This document shows positions 28,119 to 40,804 of a stretch of DNA of 64,000 nt, one piece after another. The DNA is from the human T2T-CHM13v2.0 reference genome, Homo sapiens: the NCBI RefSeq assembly GCF_009914755.1, contig NC_060927.1; one strand, given 5' to 3'. The notes under the pieces are model-generated. The model did no database searches and was not told the DNA's origin. It saw nothing but the letters and a program-made list of their open reading frames with translations. A program made the position numbers and the translations under genes. Within the stretch, counting starts at the first letter, position 1; each line of letters opens with the position of its first letter.

Positions 28119-29299
28119 GTATTTATTGATCATTCTTGGGTGTTTCTTGGAGAGGGGGATTTGGCAGGGCCATAGGACAATAGTGGAGGGAAGGTCAGCA
28201 GATAAACATGTGAACAAGGGTCTCTGGTTTTCCTAGGCAGAGGGCCCTGCCGCCTTCCGCAGCGTTTGTGTCCCTGGGTACTTGAGATTAGGGAGTGGTG
28301 ATGACTCTTAACGAGTATGCTGCCTTCAAGCATCTGTTTAACAAAGAACATCTTGCACCGCCCTTAATCCATTTAACCCTGAGTGGACACAACACATGTT
28401 TCAGAGAGCACGGGGTTGGGGGTAAGGTTATAGATTAACAGCATCCCAAGGCAGAAGAATTTTTCTTAGTACAGAACAAAATGGAGTCTCCTATGTCTAC
28501 TTCTTTCTACACAGACACAGCAACAATCTGATTCTCTTTCCTTTCCCCACACTTCCCCCCCTTCCACTCGACAAAACCACCATCGTCATCATGGCCCGTT
28601 CTCAATGAGCTGCTGGGTACACCTCCCAGACAGGGCGGCGGTCGGGCAGAGACGCTCCTCACATCCCAGATGGGGCGGTGGTCGGGCAGAGTCACTCCTC
28701 AGTTCCCAGACGGGGTCGCGGCAGGGCAGAGATGCTCCCCACATCTCAGACGATGGGCGGCCAGGCAGAGGTGGTGCTAGACGTCTAGGTGGCACTTCCT
28801 AGACGGGGTGGCGGCCGGGCAGAGGCTGCAATCTCGGCACTTTGGGAGGCCAAGGCAGGCGGCTGGGAGGTGGAGGTTGCAGCGAGCCGAGATCACGCCA
28901 CTGCACTCCAGCCTGGGCACCATTGAGCACTGAGTGAAGGAGACTCCGTCTGCAATCCCGGCACCTCGGGAGGCCGAGGCTGGCGGATCACTCGCGGTTA
29001 GGAGCTGGAGACCAGCCCGGCCAACACGGCGAAACCCCGTCTCCACCAAAAAAATACGAAAACCAGTCAGGCGTGGCGGCGCGTGCCTGCAATCGCAGGC
29101 ACTCGGCAGGCTGAGGCAGGAGAATCAGGCGGGGAGGTTGCAGTGAGCCGAGATGGCAGCAGTACAGTCCAGCTTTGGCTCGGCATCAGAGGGAGACTGT
29201 GGAGAGAGAGGGAGAGGGAGACCGTGGGAAGAGGGAGAGGGAGACCGTGGGGAGAGGGAGAGGGAAAGCGAGAGCGAGAACGAGAGCGAGAGCGACAGC
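28090..29299 (-). mobile_element. Full-length SVA retrotransposon (older B/C-like subfamily, tentative) with a short VNTR
   Basis: On the minus strand: hexamer region (~29190-29299), Alu-like region, VNTR (~28620-28820), SINE-R, AATAAA (28122-28127), A28 (28090-28117). TSD gactatggtcattttct at 27652-27668 and 29300-29316. Confidence 0.95.
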
Positions 29300-29536
29300 G
29301 ACTATGGTCATTTTCTAACAGTCCTTTCATGGAGTCTCCCAAAGGTTTCTGTGTCCTTTCCCAGAGATGGGCTGCATATCTATCTGTATAAAGGAAGAGT
29401 ATACATAATGTTTGCAAACCCTCTACTGAACACTTCTTGATTTAAAAATCACACTTGCTTCTGATACATGTTCTCCTACATAGTAGGGAGAGCTTATCTT
29501 TTCTATTCCAAATAAGGCTTAAGAAAGTTGTGTTAG

Positions 29537-31026
29537 CCTACATATAGCCAAGACAATCCTAAGCAAAAAGAACAAAGCTGAAGGCATCACGTTACCTGCC
29601 TTCAAACTACACTATAAAGCTACAGTAACCAAAACAGCATGGTACTGGTACCAAAACAAATATATGGACCAATGGAACAGAACAGAGGCCTCAGAAATAA
29701 CACCACACATCTACAACCATCTGATCTTTGACAAACCTGACAAAAATAAGCAGTGGGGAAAGGATTCCCAATTTAATCAATGGTGTTGGGAAAACTGGTT
29801 AGCCATGTGTAGAAAACTGACACTGGACCACTTCCTTACACCTTATACAAAAATTAACTCAAAATGGATGAAAGACTTAAACATAACACCTAAAACCATA
29901 AAAACCCTAGAAGAAAACCTAGGCAATACCATTCAGGACAGAGGCATGGGCAAAGACTTTATGACTAAAACACCAAAAGCAATGGCAACAAAAGCCAAAA
30001 TTGAGAAATCGGATCTAATTAAACTAAAGAACTTCTGCACAGCAAAAGAAACTATCATTAGAGTGAACAGACAACCTGCAGAATGGGAGAAAATTTTTGC
30101 AATCTATCCATCTGACAAAGGGCTAATATCCAGAATCTACAAGGAACTTAAACAAATTCACAAGAAAAAAAAAAACAACCCCATTAAAAAGTGGGCAAAA
30201 GATATGAACAGACACTTCTCAAAAGAAGGCATTTATGTGGCCAACAAACATGAAAAAAAGCTCATCATCACTGGTCATTAGAGAAATGCAAATCAAAATA
30301 GCAATGAGATACCATCTCATGACAGTTAGAATGGCAATCATTAGAACGTCAGGAAACAACAGATGCTGGAGAAGATGTGGGGAAATAGGAATGCTTTTAC
30401 ACTGTTGGTGGGAGTGTAAACTAGTTTAACCATGTGGAAGACAGTGTGGCAGTTCCTCAAGGATCTAGAACCAGAAATGCCATTTGACCCAGCAATCCCA
30501 TTACTGGGTATATACCCAAAGGATTATAAATAGTTCTACTATAAAGACACATGCACATATATGTTTATTGTGGCACTATTCACAATAGCAAAGACTTGGA
30601 ACCAACCCAAATATCCATCAATGATAGACTGGATTAAGAAAATGTGGCACATATACACCATGGAATACTATGCAGCCATACAAAAGGATGAGTTCATGTC
30701 CTTTGCAGGGACATGGATGAAGCTGGAAACCATCATTCTCAGCAAACTAACACAGGAACAGAAAACCAAACACTGTATGTTCTCACTCATAAGTGAGAGT
30801 TGAACAATGAGAACACATGGACACAGGGAGGGGAATATCACACACCAGGGCCTGTTGGGATGTTAGGGGACAGGGGAAGGATAGCATTAGGAGAAACACC
30901 TAATGTAGATGACAGGTTGATGGGTGCAGCAAACCACCATGGCACGTGTATACCTATGTAACAAACCTGCACATTCTGCACATGTATTCCAGAACTTAAA
31001 GTATAATAAATTAAAAAAAAAAAAAA
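29537..31026 (+). mobile_element. 5'-truncated L1PA (about L1PA7/8), with disrupted ORF2 C-terminus, 3' UTR and poly(A)
   Basis: ORFs 29664-30281 ([35 protein letters not shown]...) and 30561-30803 are L1 ORF2p fragments; degraded TSD aagaaagttgtgttag (29521-29536) / aagaaaattgtgctgg (31025-31040). Confidence 0.95.
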
Positions 31027-31509
31027 GAAAATTGTGCTGGGATAGCACCATGGCCTCAGCATTTCTGCCCAGGGAAAAGCATTAAGAGTTATCAGATTAC
31101 CCATCTCTTTGGGGGATGTACTGCAAGAAGTTCTCTCCTGTCCCCATTGCTAAGTGCACTATGCAAGCCCTGAGGCCCAGGAATGTTCAGACTATTGAAG
31201 AATCTCAACCTTTCCCTGAGGGTAGGAGTAGTGTCTGGTATAGCTTAGCATCATCTCTGATAGGCAATAATAAGAGTAAGGCCATCTTTGCTGGTTGCTG
31301 ATTCTTTCTGTTCTGTAATTTCTGTTTGATAAGATCAAATGGGCTCAACGTACTGTGTAGGCCAGACAGAGAGAGAGTCCAAATCTGGTAGATTTTAGGA
31401 TAAGACAGTGGGCCTTGCTTATATCACTGAGTTCTCTGGGCTTTGATAGAATTTGATAGAATTTATTGGCCTTCACCGTGTTCCTAGGTCAGGTGGTTTT
31501 CTGTCCTCT

Positions 31510-32060
31510 TGTTCCAGGTATAATGGCGGGGCACTAAGTTACTCCAGCACTTAGTGACTTGTGCTCATGGATTCTGTGGGTCAGGAGATCAGATAGGGTA
31601 TACCCATTTGGGGACAGCTTGTCTGTGCTCTGGGTGGTTGGGGATCCTCATTTGGGAAGACTCAAAAGTTGGTGGTAACACAACCTCAGGGGGCTGGAAT
31701 CCCCTGAGGGTTAATTCCTGCACATATTGTGTGCCTGGACCTGGGTGACTCAGAGAGTTTTCACCTGGCCTCTCCATGTGGCTTGACTTCCTCACAGCAT
31801 GGCAATTTCAGGGTAGCTGGACTTCCTGTGTGGTGGCTCAGCACAATAACTTTGAAGTCCAGGAAACAAGGCAGAAGCTGTTCCACCTGTTATGACCCAG
31901 CCTCCTAAGCCATCTGCAACAACTCTCTTCTACCCCACTGGCTGAAGCAGTTGCAACCCTTCCTGGATTCAAGGTTGAGAAGTTAGACTCTTCCTATTAA
32001 TGAGGTGTCACATGGTAGAAGAGTAGATTGCAGTCATGTATGGAAAATACAATCCTCCAC
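31510..32060 (-). mobile_element. MLT1-type MaLR LTR
   Basis: tgctcatggattctgtgggtcagga...ggcctctccatgtggcttgacttcctcacagcatggc...ggaaaatacaatcctccac. Confidence 0.7.
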
Positions 32061-32681
32061 CTCTCTCTCTCGTGAGGGAGTCCAGGTTGAACAAGTTGGG
32101 ACAGCTTGCATTGTGTGTGGTAGACAAGCTACCTGATAGTGCTCCTGATTTGCTGAAGTGGTGTCGCTTCTATAACAGGGAGACCCCCACAGGGAGTGTT
32201 GGATCATAAGTCACTTAGCATGCTAGCTAGCACGTACAACTATTCCTAAATGCTAATTGAGGCAGTTGTTAGCCTCTATGGGGAGTGTACAGAAATTAGA
32301 AAAAGTTGCTCTGTGGACATTGGGGAAGGGGGAGGCAGAGTACATCAGCCACCCTTTCATGAGACCCTTATGAAGTGCACACACAGTATAACCAAACATG
32401 GCAGTCCTGACAACTATTATTGTTGTAATTGGTTTCACCATTAAAAATAAACAGTCAAGGCATTTAGCAGTCCCCACGCCCAGGGACCTCCTGGTGGCCT
32501 TCTCCTGTGTCCATTTCCAGCTGTTCTTTCCACAGGGCCTTGGTCCTTGCCTGTTTTCCTTCCATCTACCACATTTCACCAGATACATGGTACTCTCCAT
32601 GGCAGTTCACAAACTGGCAAGGAGGGGGCACTCTCCCAGGAGTGCTAGTGGTTTAATTTATTTATTTAAATATTTCCCAAT

Positions 32682-32946
<265 letters not shown>

Positions 32947-33134
32947 TTCGGAACAATTTTTTATTTCTAATTTTAGATGTAATGCCTATGTGTTATAAAA
33001 TTTAAACAAAACAATATAAAAAGGTAAAAAGAAACTCAGAACTCTCTTTGTCAGATTTCCAGCCATTGTGAAAGTCAGGTAGAGAAATGGGTGTGCGTGC
33101 GTGTGTGTGTGTGATAGAAAGATGTGTGTGAGAT

Positions 33135-33288
33135 ATTTTACATTTGTCAAATACAATATAGCCCCCCTAGTTAAATTAGAATTTTACATAAATAATGCAT
33201 TTATTTTTAGTGTCTGTCCAAAATATGTTTATTTGAAATTCTAATTTAACTTAGTGTCCTGTATTTTATTTCTTTATCTGGCAACTTT
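33135..33288. mobile_element. MER53-like palindromic DNA element
   Basis: ctagttaaattagaatttt...tttatttgaaattctaatttaacttagtgtcctgtattttat...tctggcaac. Confidence 0.7.
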
Positions 33289-34641
33289 GTCTGGGTGATC
33301 TGTATGTGGGGAACATGTGGGGTGATATGTGGGCCCCAGGTATTGAGTGCTTATGGGGTATATGTAGGATGGACATTGTGTGTGTGTGTGTGTGTGTGTA
33401 CGGTGTGTGGGGTGTGTGTACTTGTGTGAGGCATATGTTTGGGTGGGTAGATAAGAGAGTTTGTCAGAAGAAGGAAAAAGGAGATATAGGAAACTTGAAT
33501 TGTTTTAAACACTTTCTTCAAATTGGCCTATTAACATACAGTTTCTTGTTTTTGTACTTATAACACTTTATTGTCATTTATTGGTTTACATTTCCAGATT
33601 CCCACTAGTCAGAGAAAGTCAAGAGCTGAGTTTTGTCTGTGTTGTATTCCCCGCATGTGGCACGCAGTAGACTTGCAACTCACATGTGGATCTGAGTGCT
33701 GCCACACATCTGGAGTGGCAGGGATTTCATTCCAGTGCGTCCGACTCCCTGACTCTCAGCAGAGGAGCCATCCCTGCTTCACTGAATACCCAGTCTTCAG
33801 TATGCGACACAGTAACCTTGGTTCTTCAATGTCAGGACATCAGAGACACCTGGAGATCTGGTTTAAAATGCAGGTTCCTGGGCCTCAACCCTCCAAGAGG
33901 TTCAAGACTCCTGGGGTGAGAGGGAATGATGTACAGGAGTTGAATGGACAAAAGTGTTCACTTTTAATGATCTGCTCTCCTAAAGGTAAAAAATTTAACA
34001 GAGTCCGACCTATAAGCCATGCTATGAATGACTGAACGTGTGTGTGTGTGTGTGTGCGTGTGTTGTGCATGCATGGCATTGCATGTGTACATACACAAAC
34101 ACACACAGGCAGCATGAGGTGTGAAAAGTGAACCTTCATTCACTGATATTTTATAAAGAATTTTCCTCTGAATTTATGTCGGTGCTGCTCCTAATAAATC
34201 ACTTGCTTTGAGCAAATGTGAAGTCATAAAGATCAGTCTGCAATGAGCTGTGGCCCCAAAATGTCTGTGAGGAATAAACAAGGGAAATAAAGCTTTTATA
34301 TTCTAGCAGCAAAGCTCCAACTATGCTTCCTGGAGTGACAGTGTAGCTTTAACCTAATGCAATTACTTACGTGCTGACATTAGGCATAGAAAACTTCAGT
34401 TGGTGGAATGGATTCTTCCAAAAGCAAAGAGAAAATTTTACAAAGAAAGAAGCCACGGGGTGGAACAAAACTAGAATTGATTTCCTGAGTTCAGTGTTCA
34501 TGAAGTTAAAAGTTCTTTTTTATTTTTCTCCAAGACTTTCCTCCGAAGAAGACCAATTTAAAGTAACAGAACTGGTTACAAAAGAATCAATTCTGAATAC
34601 GCTACAAACCATTGAATTATACAGTTTAAATGGGTGGATTC

Positions 34642-35015
34642 ATGGAATACTTTGTAGCCATAAAAAGAAATCATGTCCTTTGCAGCAACATGGATGTACC
34701 CGGAGGCCATTATGTTAAGCAAATTACCACAAGAACAGAACACCAAATATCACATGTTCTCACTTATAAGTGGAAGTTAAACATTGAGTACACATAGACA
34801 TAAACATGGGAGCAATAGCCACTGGGCAGTGCTGGAGGCAGGAGGGAGGGAAGGGGCTGAGGGATTGCCTATTGGGTGCTGTGCTCACTGCCTGGGTGAC
34901 AGAATCATCTGTACCCTAAACCTCAGCATCATGCAGTGTTCCCATGTGACAGACCTGCACATATACCCACTGAATCTAAAATAAAAGTTGAAATTATTAA
35001 ATAAATAAAAAAAAA
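34642..35015 (+). mobile_element. L1 3' end (L1PA16/L1PB-like) inserted into an older L1M fragment
   Basis: ggaatactttgtagccataaaaag...catgttctcacttataagtgg...gaatctaaaataaaagttg; TSD aaatgggtggattc (34628-34641) / aaataggtggattc (35296-35309). Confidence 0.85.
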
Positions 35016-35284
35016 GGCCAGGAACAGTGGCTCACTCCTGTAATCCCAGCACTTGTTCAAGACCAGTCTGGTCAACATGATGAAACCCCGTTTCTACTAA
35101 AAATACAACAATTAGCTAGGTGTAGTGATGCATGCCTGTAATTCCAGCTACTCAGGAGGCTGTGGCACGAGAATCGCTTAAACTTGGGAGGCAGAGGTTG
35201 TAGTGAGCTGAGATCATGCCACTGTACTCCAGTGTGGACAACAGAGCAAGACTGTGTCTCAGGAAAAAAAAAAAAAAAAAAAAA
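35016..35284 (+). mobile_element. AluS in the L1 tail, with a left-arm deletion
   Basis: cccagcactt joins directly to gttcaagaccag. Confidence 0.9.
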
Positions 35285-35414
35285 GGCAGAAAAATAAATA
35301 GGTGGATTCTATGGAATGTGAATTATATCCCAATAACTGTATTAAGTACATTTTTAAAATGAGAATACCAAATTCCATATGTGCTGAGCATTCCGTAAAA
35401 ATCAGGTTATTTCT

Positions 35415-35731
<317 letters not shown>

Positions 35732-35889
35732 TCACTGGAAATGAATAGACTGATGATAAATCCTGGGCGATTTGTCTTCGCAGTATGATCTTGTTTGCAC
35801 ATTTTTCCAGGAATATTTCATAATAGAAGCACATAAAACATTTTAAAAATGCGACAAGATGGACAGTACTCTTTAAAAATGACAATGAA

Positions 35890-35968
35890 CAATGTGACAT
35901 CGCTTTACCATTCATGTTTTTAAAATCTACCTTTCAGTGAACATGAATGGTAAAGCGATGTCACATTG
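35890..35968 (-). ncRNA. MIR4790: microRNA precursor hairpin
   Basis: 79-nt stem-loop containing ATCGCTTTACCATTCATGTT and TGAATGGTAAAGCGATGTCACA, which I recall as miR-4790-5p and -3p; the position downstream of EDEM1 fits. Strand is from recall because the stem is symmetric. Confidence 0.8.
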
Positions 35969-36814
35969 TTCATTATCATTTTTCTTTTGTAATCTACATT
36001 TAATGTTTTACCTGCTGCCCATTTGAGCTTGGGAGAAGAGGCAGGGGTGTCTGGGGATGAGAAATATCGGCCAGTTGGCTGCAGTTAATTTTTCATAAGT
36101 CTCATTTATCGAAATCTGTAATTTGAACACGGCTGTTCTTTGAAATGTTCCAGTCTTTCTGAGTTCAATCAATTTCTTTCTTTTTTTTCTTTAACCCACT
36201 CCGCCATTCAATCAATTTCTTAATCATGTAACAACAGCGTGAGCCTTTGAAAACCAGACACAGGCTACAGAAAACTACACATGTTCTCTTTCACAGGGTG
36301 CAGAATATGGAATTTGATGCCTCCTCCACAAAAACTCATCAAATAGCACTGCACATCTGAGTGGCTTGGGGAGGGAAAAAAATGTATTTTTAAATGAAAG
36401 AAAAGAAAATCAGAAATGATCATTGTTAGATGAACAAAAAAAATCAGGATCTCAACAGCACCTGATGAAAGGCAAATTATACTATTCACATTGATCGCTT
36501 TTTCTTTCTTTTTTCAAATGATTTATTATCCTTTGATATCACAATCAGTTAGCTTGCTTGCTGCGGCATAAATATTTGATCTTGGAGTAACGTTTTTGAC
36601 GACTGCTTTTTGCTACAGCCGGACTTTGCCTCCAACTTTCCTTGATTAAATAGAGGAGGCAAATATGAGGTGCGCAAAGAGAATAGAAATAAGTGACCTG
36701 GAATTTATCCAAGTAAAGAGAAAGCCCCAGGAAATGTATGAATATTGGCAGGGAGAAGCTCCACAACTGTTTCCTGGTGCTGGAGGAGGTGTGTCCTCTT
36801 TCGGTTTGTTTTGT

Positions 36815-36839
36815 GCCTGCCTGCCTGCCTGCCTGCCTG
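36815..36839 (+). repeat. (GCCT)n microsatellite
   Basis: Seen directly in the sequence. Confidence 0.9.
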
Positions 36840-37277
36840 GGGACAAGCAGAATACCATGGAATTCATTTTTTCTTCAAACTGTATTCTTTGGTTCTTTGG
36901 TTATTATTGAAGCGAGCTGTATATGGAGGGGCTGGTATTTTCAGACAGTCATTGTATGTGCCAAGATTCAGGCTGAATAAAGTGGCTGGGAGACGGCGAA
37001 CATTTCATTGCTTTCCCAATGGTACATCCCTAATTGTAGATCCTCGAGAAAAGGGTGCAGCTGTGAGAAGTTTGCAGCCAGTCCTTACAGCAACTTGGGA
37101 TTGAAAATACCTGGTAAGGCAAGATCTGGGTAGGGCACTGACTGCCCCGACTCCCTCTAACACCCACTGACTCCAGTTCTGTTTTCTGAGTTCACACAAA
37201 ACAAAGCTAGCCCAGTGTCCAAATACTTGAAGACAGCGTCTTATCCTCATTCTTGGCTGCACTCATCTCTTCTTTAG

Positions 37278-37619
<342 letters not shown>

Positions 37620-38638
37620 TAAAGTCTTGCAATCACCCTCATAACTTTCCTTTGGAATCCATGCTCCAGATTGAAATTTTGACTTCTGCTTGAGTCTGTG
37701 TGTGACATGGAGGAGAGGATACGGCGGTGTGCGGAAGGATGGCTCTACAGCCCTTTCTTCATCTACAAAGCAGGGAATGTAGTATCTACCTTCTGGGGTA
37801 TCATGAGGAGGACATGAACAATGCTTGGGAAGGCCTTGGCCCAGTGCCTGGCACGAGACCATCATTCAGAACATGGTGGCTAATATTAGAATTCCCTTTA
37901 AGAGCGTCATTTGAAGTCAGTCCTTGAGGCTGCCTGCCTATTCCCTGGCCTGGAGGGCTTGTCTTTTTGGTTCTTAGTGGTTCTGGTTTATTCCCTTGCT
38001 CTGACCTTGTGTTATCAAAACAAGGCAAGTGCTGATGTGACTCAGTGTCAGTTAGCATTGCCACTTGCTTGGGTGATTTCCTTCAGTTCTCTGTTCCCCG
38101 GCTGCCTCCTGGGAAAATTATGCCTTCCTTGCAAAGTAGTGGGATTAAGACAGCCTGTAAAGGAGCTGGCATGGAGCAGCTCAATACATGGCCAGAAAGA
38201 CTATCATCTTCCCCTCTAGGTCCCTCCCATTCTTTGCTTCCTTTGTTTATTCTCATTCCTCAGATCTCAGTTCAAACGTTGCCTTCTTAAGGAGGACTTC
38301 TTTGACCCCTCCATCTGTTACTTACTATTACTCTTACGACCATTTTGAGCGTAATTACTTATTTGTGTTATGTACATGTTTATTCTGTCTTTCCCATCAG
38401 ACTCTTAAGATGCATGATCGCGGGGACTTGGTGCTGCTTTCTGCGGTATACCTAGGGCCTAACACATAGCACACCTGCAATATATATTTACTGAATAAAT
38501 CATAACTGTCTTTACTCTGATAGAGAAGGCTAAAGGCAGACTAAAATGAATTTTCCACCACTAGAATTTTCAAACATGGCATAACTATCTGTATGTGGCT
38601 TTAAGCGAACTCCCTAGTACCAGATTCTTTTTGTTTTA

Positions 38639-38936
38639 AGAGACAGGGTCTTGCTGTGTTGCCCAGGCTGGAGTGCAGTAGCTATTCATAGGCATGATTT
38701 GATTACTCATCAGCACGGGAAATTTGACCTGCTCTGTTTTCCACCCAGGCTGGCTTACCCCTCCTTAGGAAACTTGTGGTCCCCCACTCCCAGGAGGTCA
38801 CCGGGTTGATGCTGAACCTAGTGTGTACACCCAATTGGCACAGCACACTACAGCCCAGAACTCCTGGGCTTAAACAATCCTCCTATCTCAGCTTCCTGAG
38901 CAGCTGGGACTACAGGCACGTGCCACCAGGCCTGGC
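38639..38936 (-). pseudogene. Full-length 7SL (SRP RNA) retropseudogene
   Basis: Contains the S-domain that Alu lacks (minus strand ...GGTGACCTCCTGGGAGTGGGGGACCAC...CCTAAGGAGGGGTAAG...GAGCAGGTCAAATTTCCCGTGCTGAT...); TSD agtaccagattct (38616-38628) / agtgccagattct (38940-38952). Confidence 0.9.
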
Positions 38937-40804
38937 TGAAGTGCCAGATTCTATGGTTCCATGACTACAGTGTTGAATCCAGGTTCATGAAATGGACGTC
39001 CAAGGCCCAGTACAGTACCTGTTGCTTGTAAATAGGATTCTGAAATTCTATTCCCATATCCAAGTTTCCTCTCCTACCAGCGTGCTCTCTCTGAGTTTAA
39101 TCTTCATCCTTTACCCACCCTTCTACCAGCTTTCCTATTAAAACTGGCCAGCGTTTTTCCAGCACTTACCATTTGCCAGGCACCCTCCCCAGTGCTTTAT
39201 GTACATTGTCTTGAGATTCACTCTTTGAGATTGAATCATGAGAATTTTCGTTTTATAGATAATGGAATTAGGCTATGACCATGGATTCCGAAGAGAAGGA
39301 GAGAGAGTGGGAAGCCAGGAGAAAGCAAATATTGTCAAGCATGGAAAATGGAAGATAGGAATCGAGTATGGGAGTCCCCATAAACTGGTAGTTGGGACAA
39401 AACCAATTACAAACCAGTCAAAAAGGCAGAAGTCACCAATCTCAAGCCCAAGAGGGTCAACCTGAGTCAGGAGCCCAGCCATGTGCAGGCACCAGGGTCA
39501 AAGACAAGCAGTGGGCACTCAAAGACATCCTCCCAAAGCACCATTTGATGTGGCCATCTCGGTTGTTTCCTGCTGGGGCACTCTCCTACAATTGGGTCAG
39601 CACTGTGCGGCATGGTGTGCCATGGCATGCTCCACCTAAAGTTTGGTGGTGAAAATAGAGCTGGGCGCACCCATTATGGAGAAGGCAGGTGGAGGATATG
39701 AACAGAATCTGTCAGAGAGTATGTTACTCGGCCAGAGTAGGACTCCGCGGTAAAGGCATCTGCAGAAACAAAACACATTTTTAAAGGCATCTTCACCAGG
39801 GCTGTTCTTTGAAAATGGGACAGAAACCTTTCAAATGTCAAGAGACCGGGTTTTTGCCAAGGCAACAGAATGCTAAGGACTGGAAGGAAAGATTCTTATT
39901 ACAAAAAGGTGCTAAATTCTGGAGTCGGATTTAATTATACCTGAGGTATTTCTGAATTGGTGTGTGGGTGGGAGGCTCTGCCTCTCCTTCTATTGCTGTT
40001 ATCATCTCATGGGTCTACAGCTTAATTCTTCCCACCATGGGGCTCCTTAGTCAACTTTCCAATCTCCCAACTCCCACTGAGATGCAGTTTCTGGCAAAGC
40101 ACTCAACCGCCAACGAAAGGTGCCCACTGAGTCTCTGGCTATTAGCAATCTGATTCCTGGCCATGGCTAATCATCAGGTTTAATCATAGGTTAATCATTT
40201 GCCAAGATGGTGTTGGGGCAAGCTTCACATATTCCCGAGGCTGACTCTGTAAAGCCCAGATACACTTGTTAGAGAAACATGTCGAAGGAAAGCATTTTTT
40301 GTATTGAATGCGGGAGCTGCAGAAAGTGGGAAGCATGGTGGCATTTCAGGCTGCCTTAATGCGACCTCTCGATGCATTTACTGTTCTTTCTAAGCTGCTG
40401 GCGTTGCTTTAGTGCTGTATTTTATATGCTCTGTCTCTCAACCTCTCTGGCTGTTCTCCATTCGTTTAGCCAGTGCCTTCTGAATATTTTATAATCAAGT
40501 ATTTACCAGTGCCTCTGCAGGTCATCAGGAACTCCATCAGTGGAGTTGTTTTCTCTGGCTATCAGCTCATCTAGCAGTGCTGAGCTCTCAGGAGCAGGTA
40601 AAATCCTTGTTTTCTTTGCTCAAACCCTCCAGCGGCTTCCCACTTATTCAGCTGGAAATGCAATGGCCTTACCATGGCACGTAGAGCCTTGTATGATCTG
40701 GCCTCCAGCCCTCTCTGATTTCACCTCAACAACCCCTCTTGCTTACTGCACGCCTGCCATATTGGCTTCCCTCATGCCTGCCATATTGGCCTCCCTGTTA
40801 TTTC

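Noticed and set aside
28130-29440. Cluster of ORFs across the SVA
   Set aside because: SVA is non-coding; these are GC-rich repeat frames.
29664-30803. 205-aa and 80-aa ORFs
   Set aside because: Frameshifted fragments of L1 ORF2p in a 5'-truncated element, not a functional gene.
40750-40797. 24-bp tandem duplication (gcctgccatattggc core)
   Set aside because: Ordinary local slippage within an L2 remnant.
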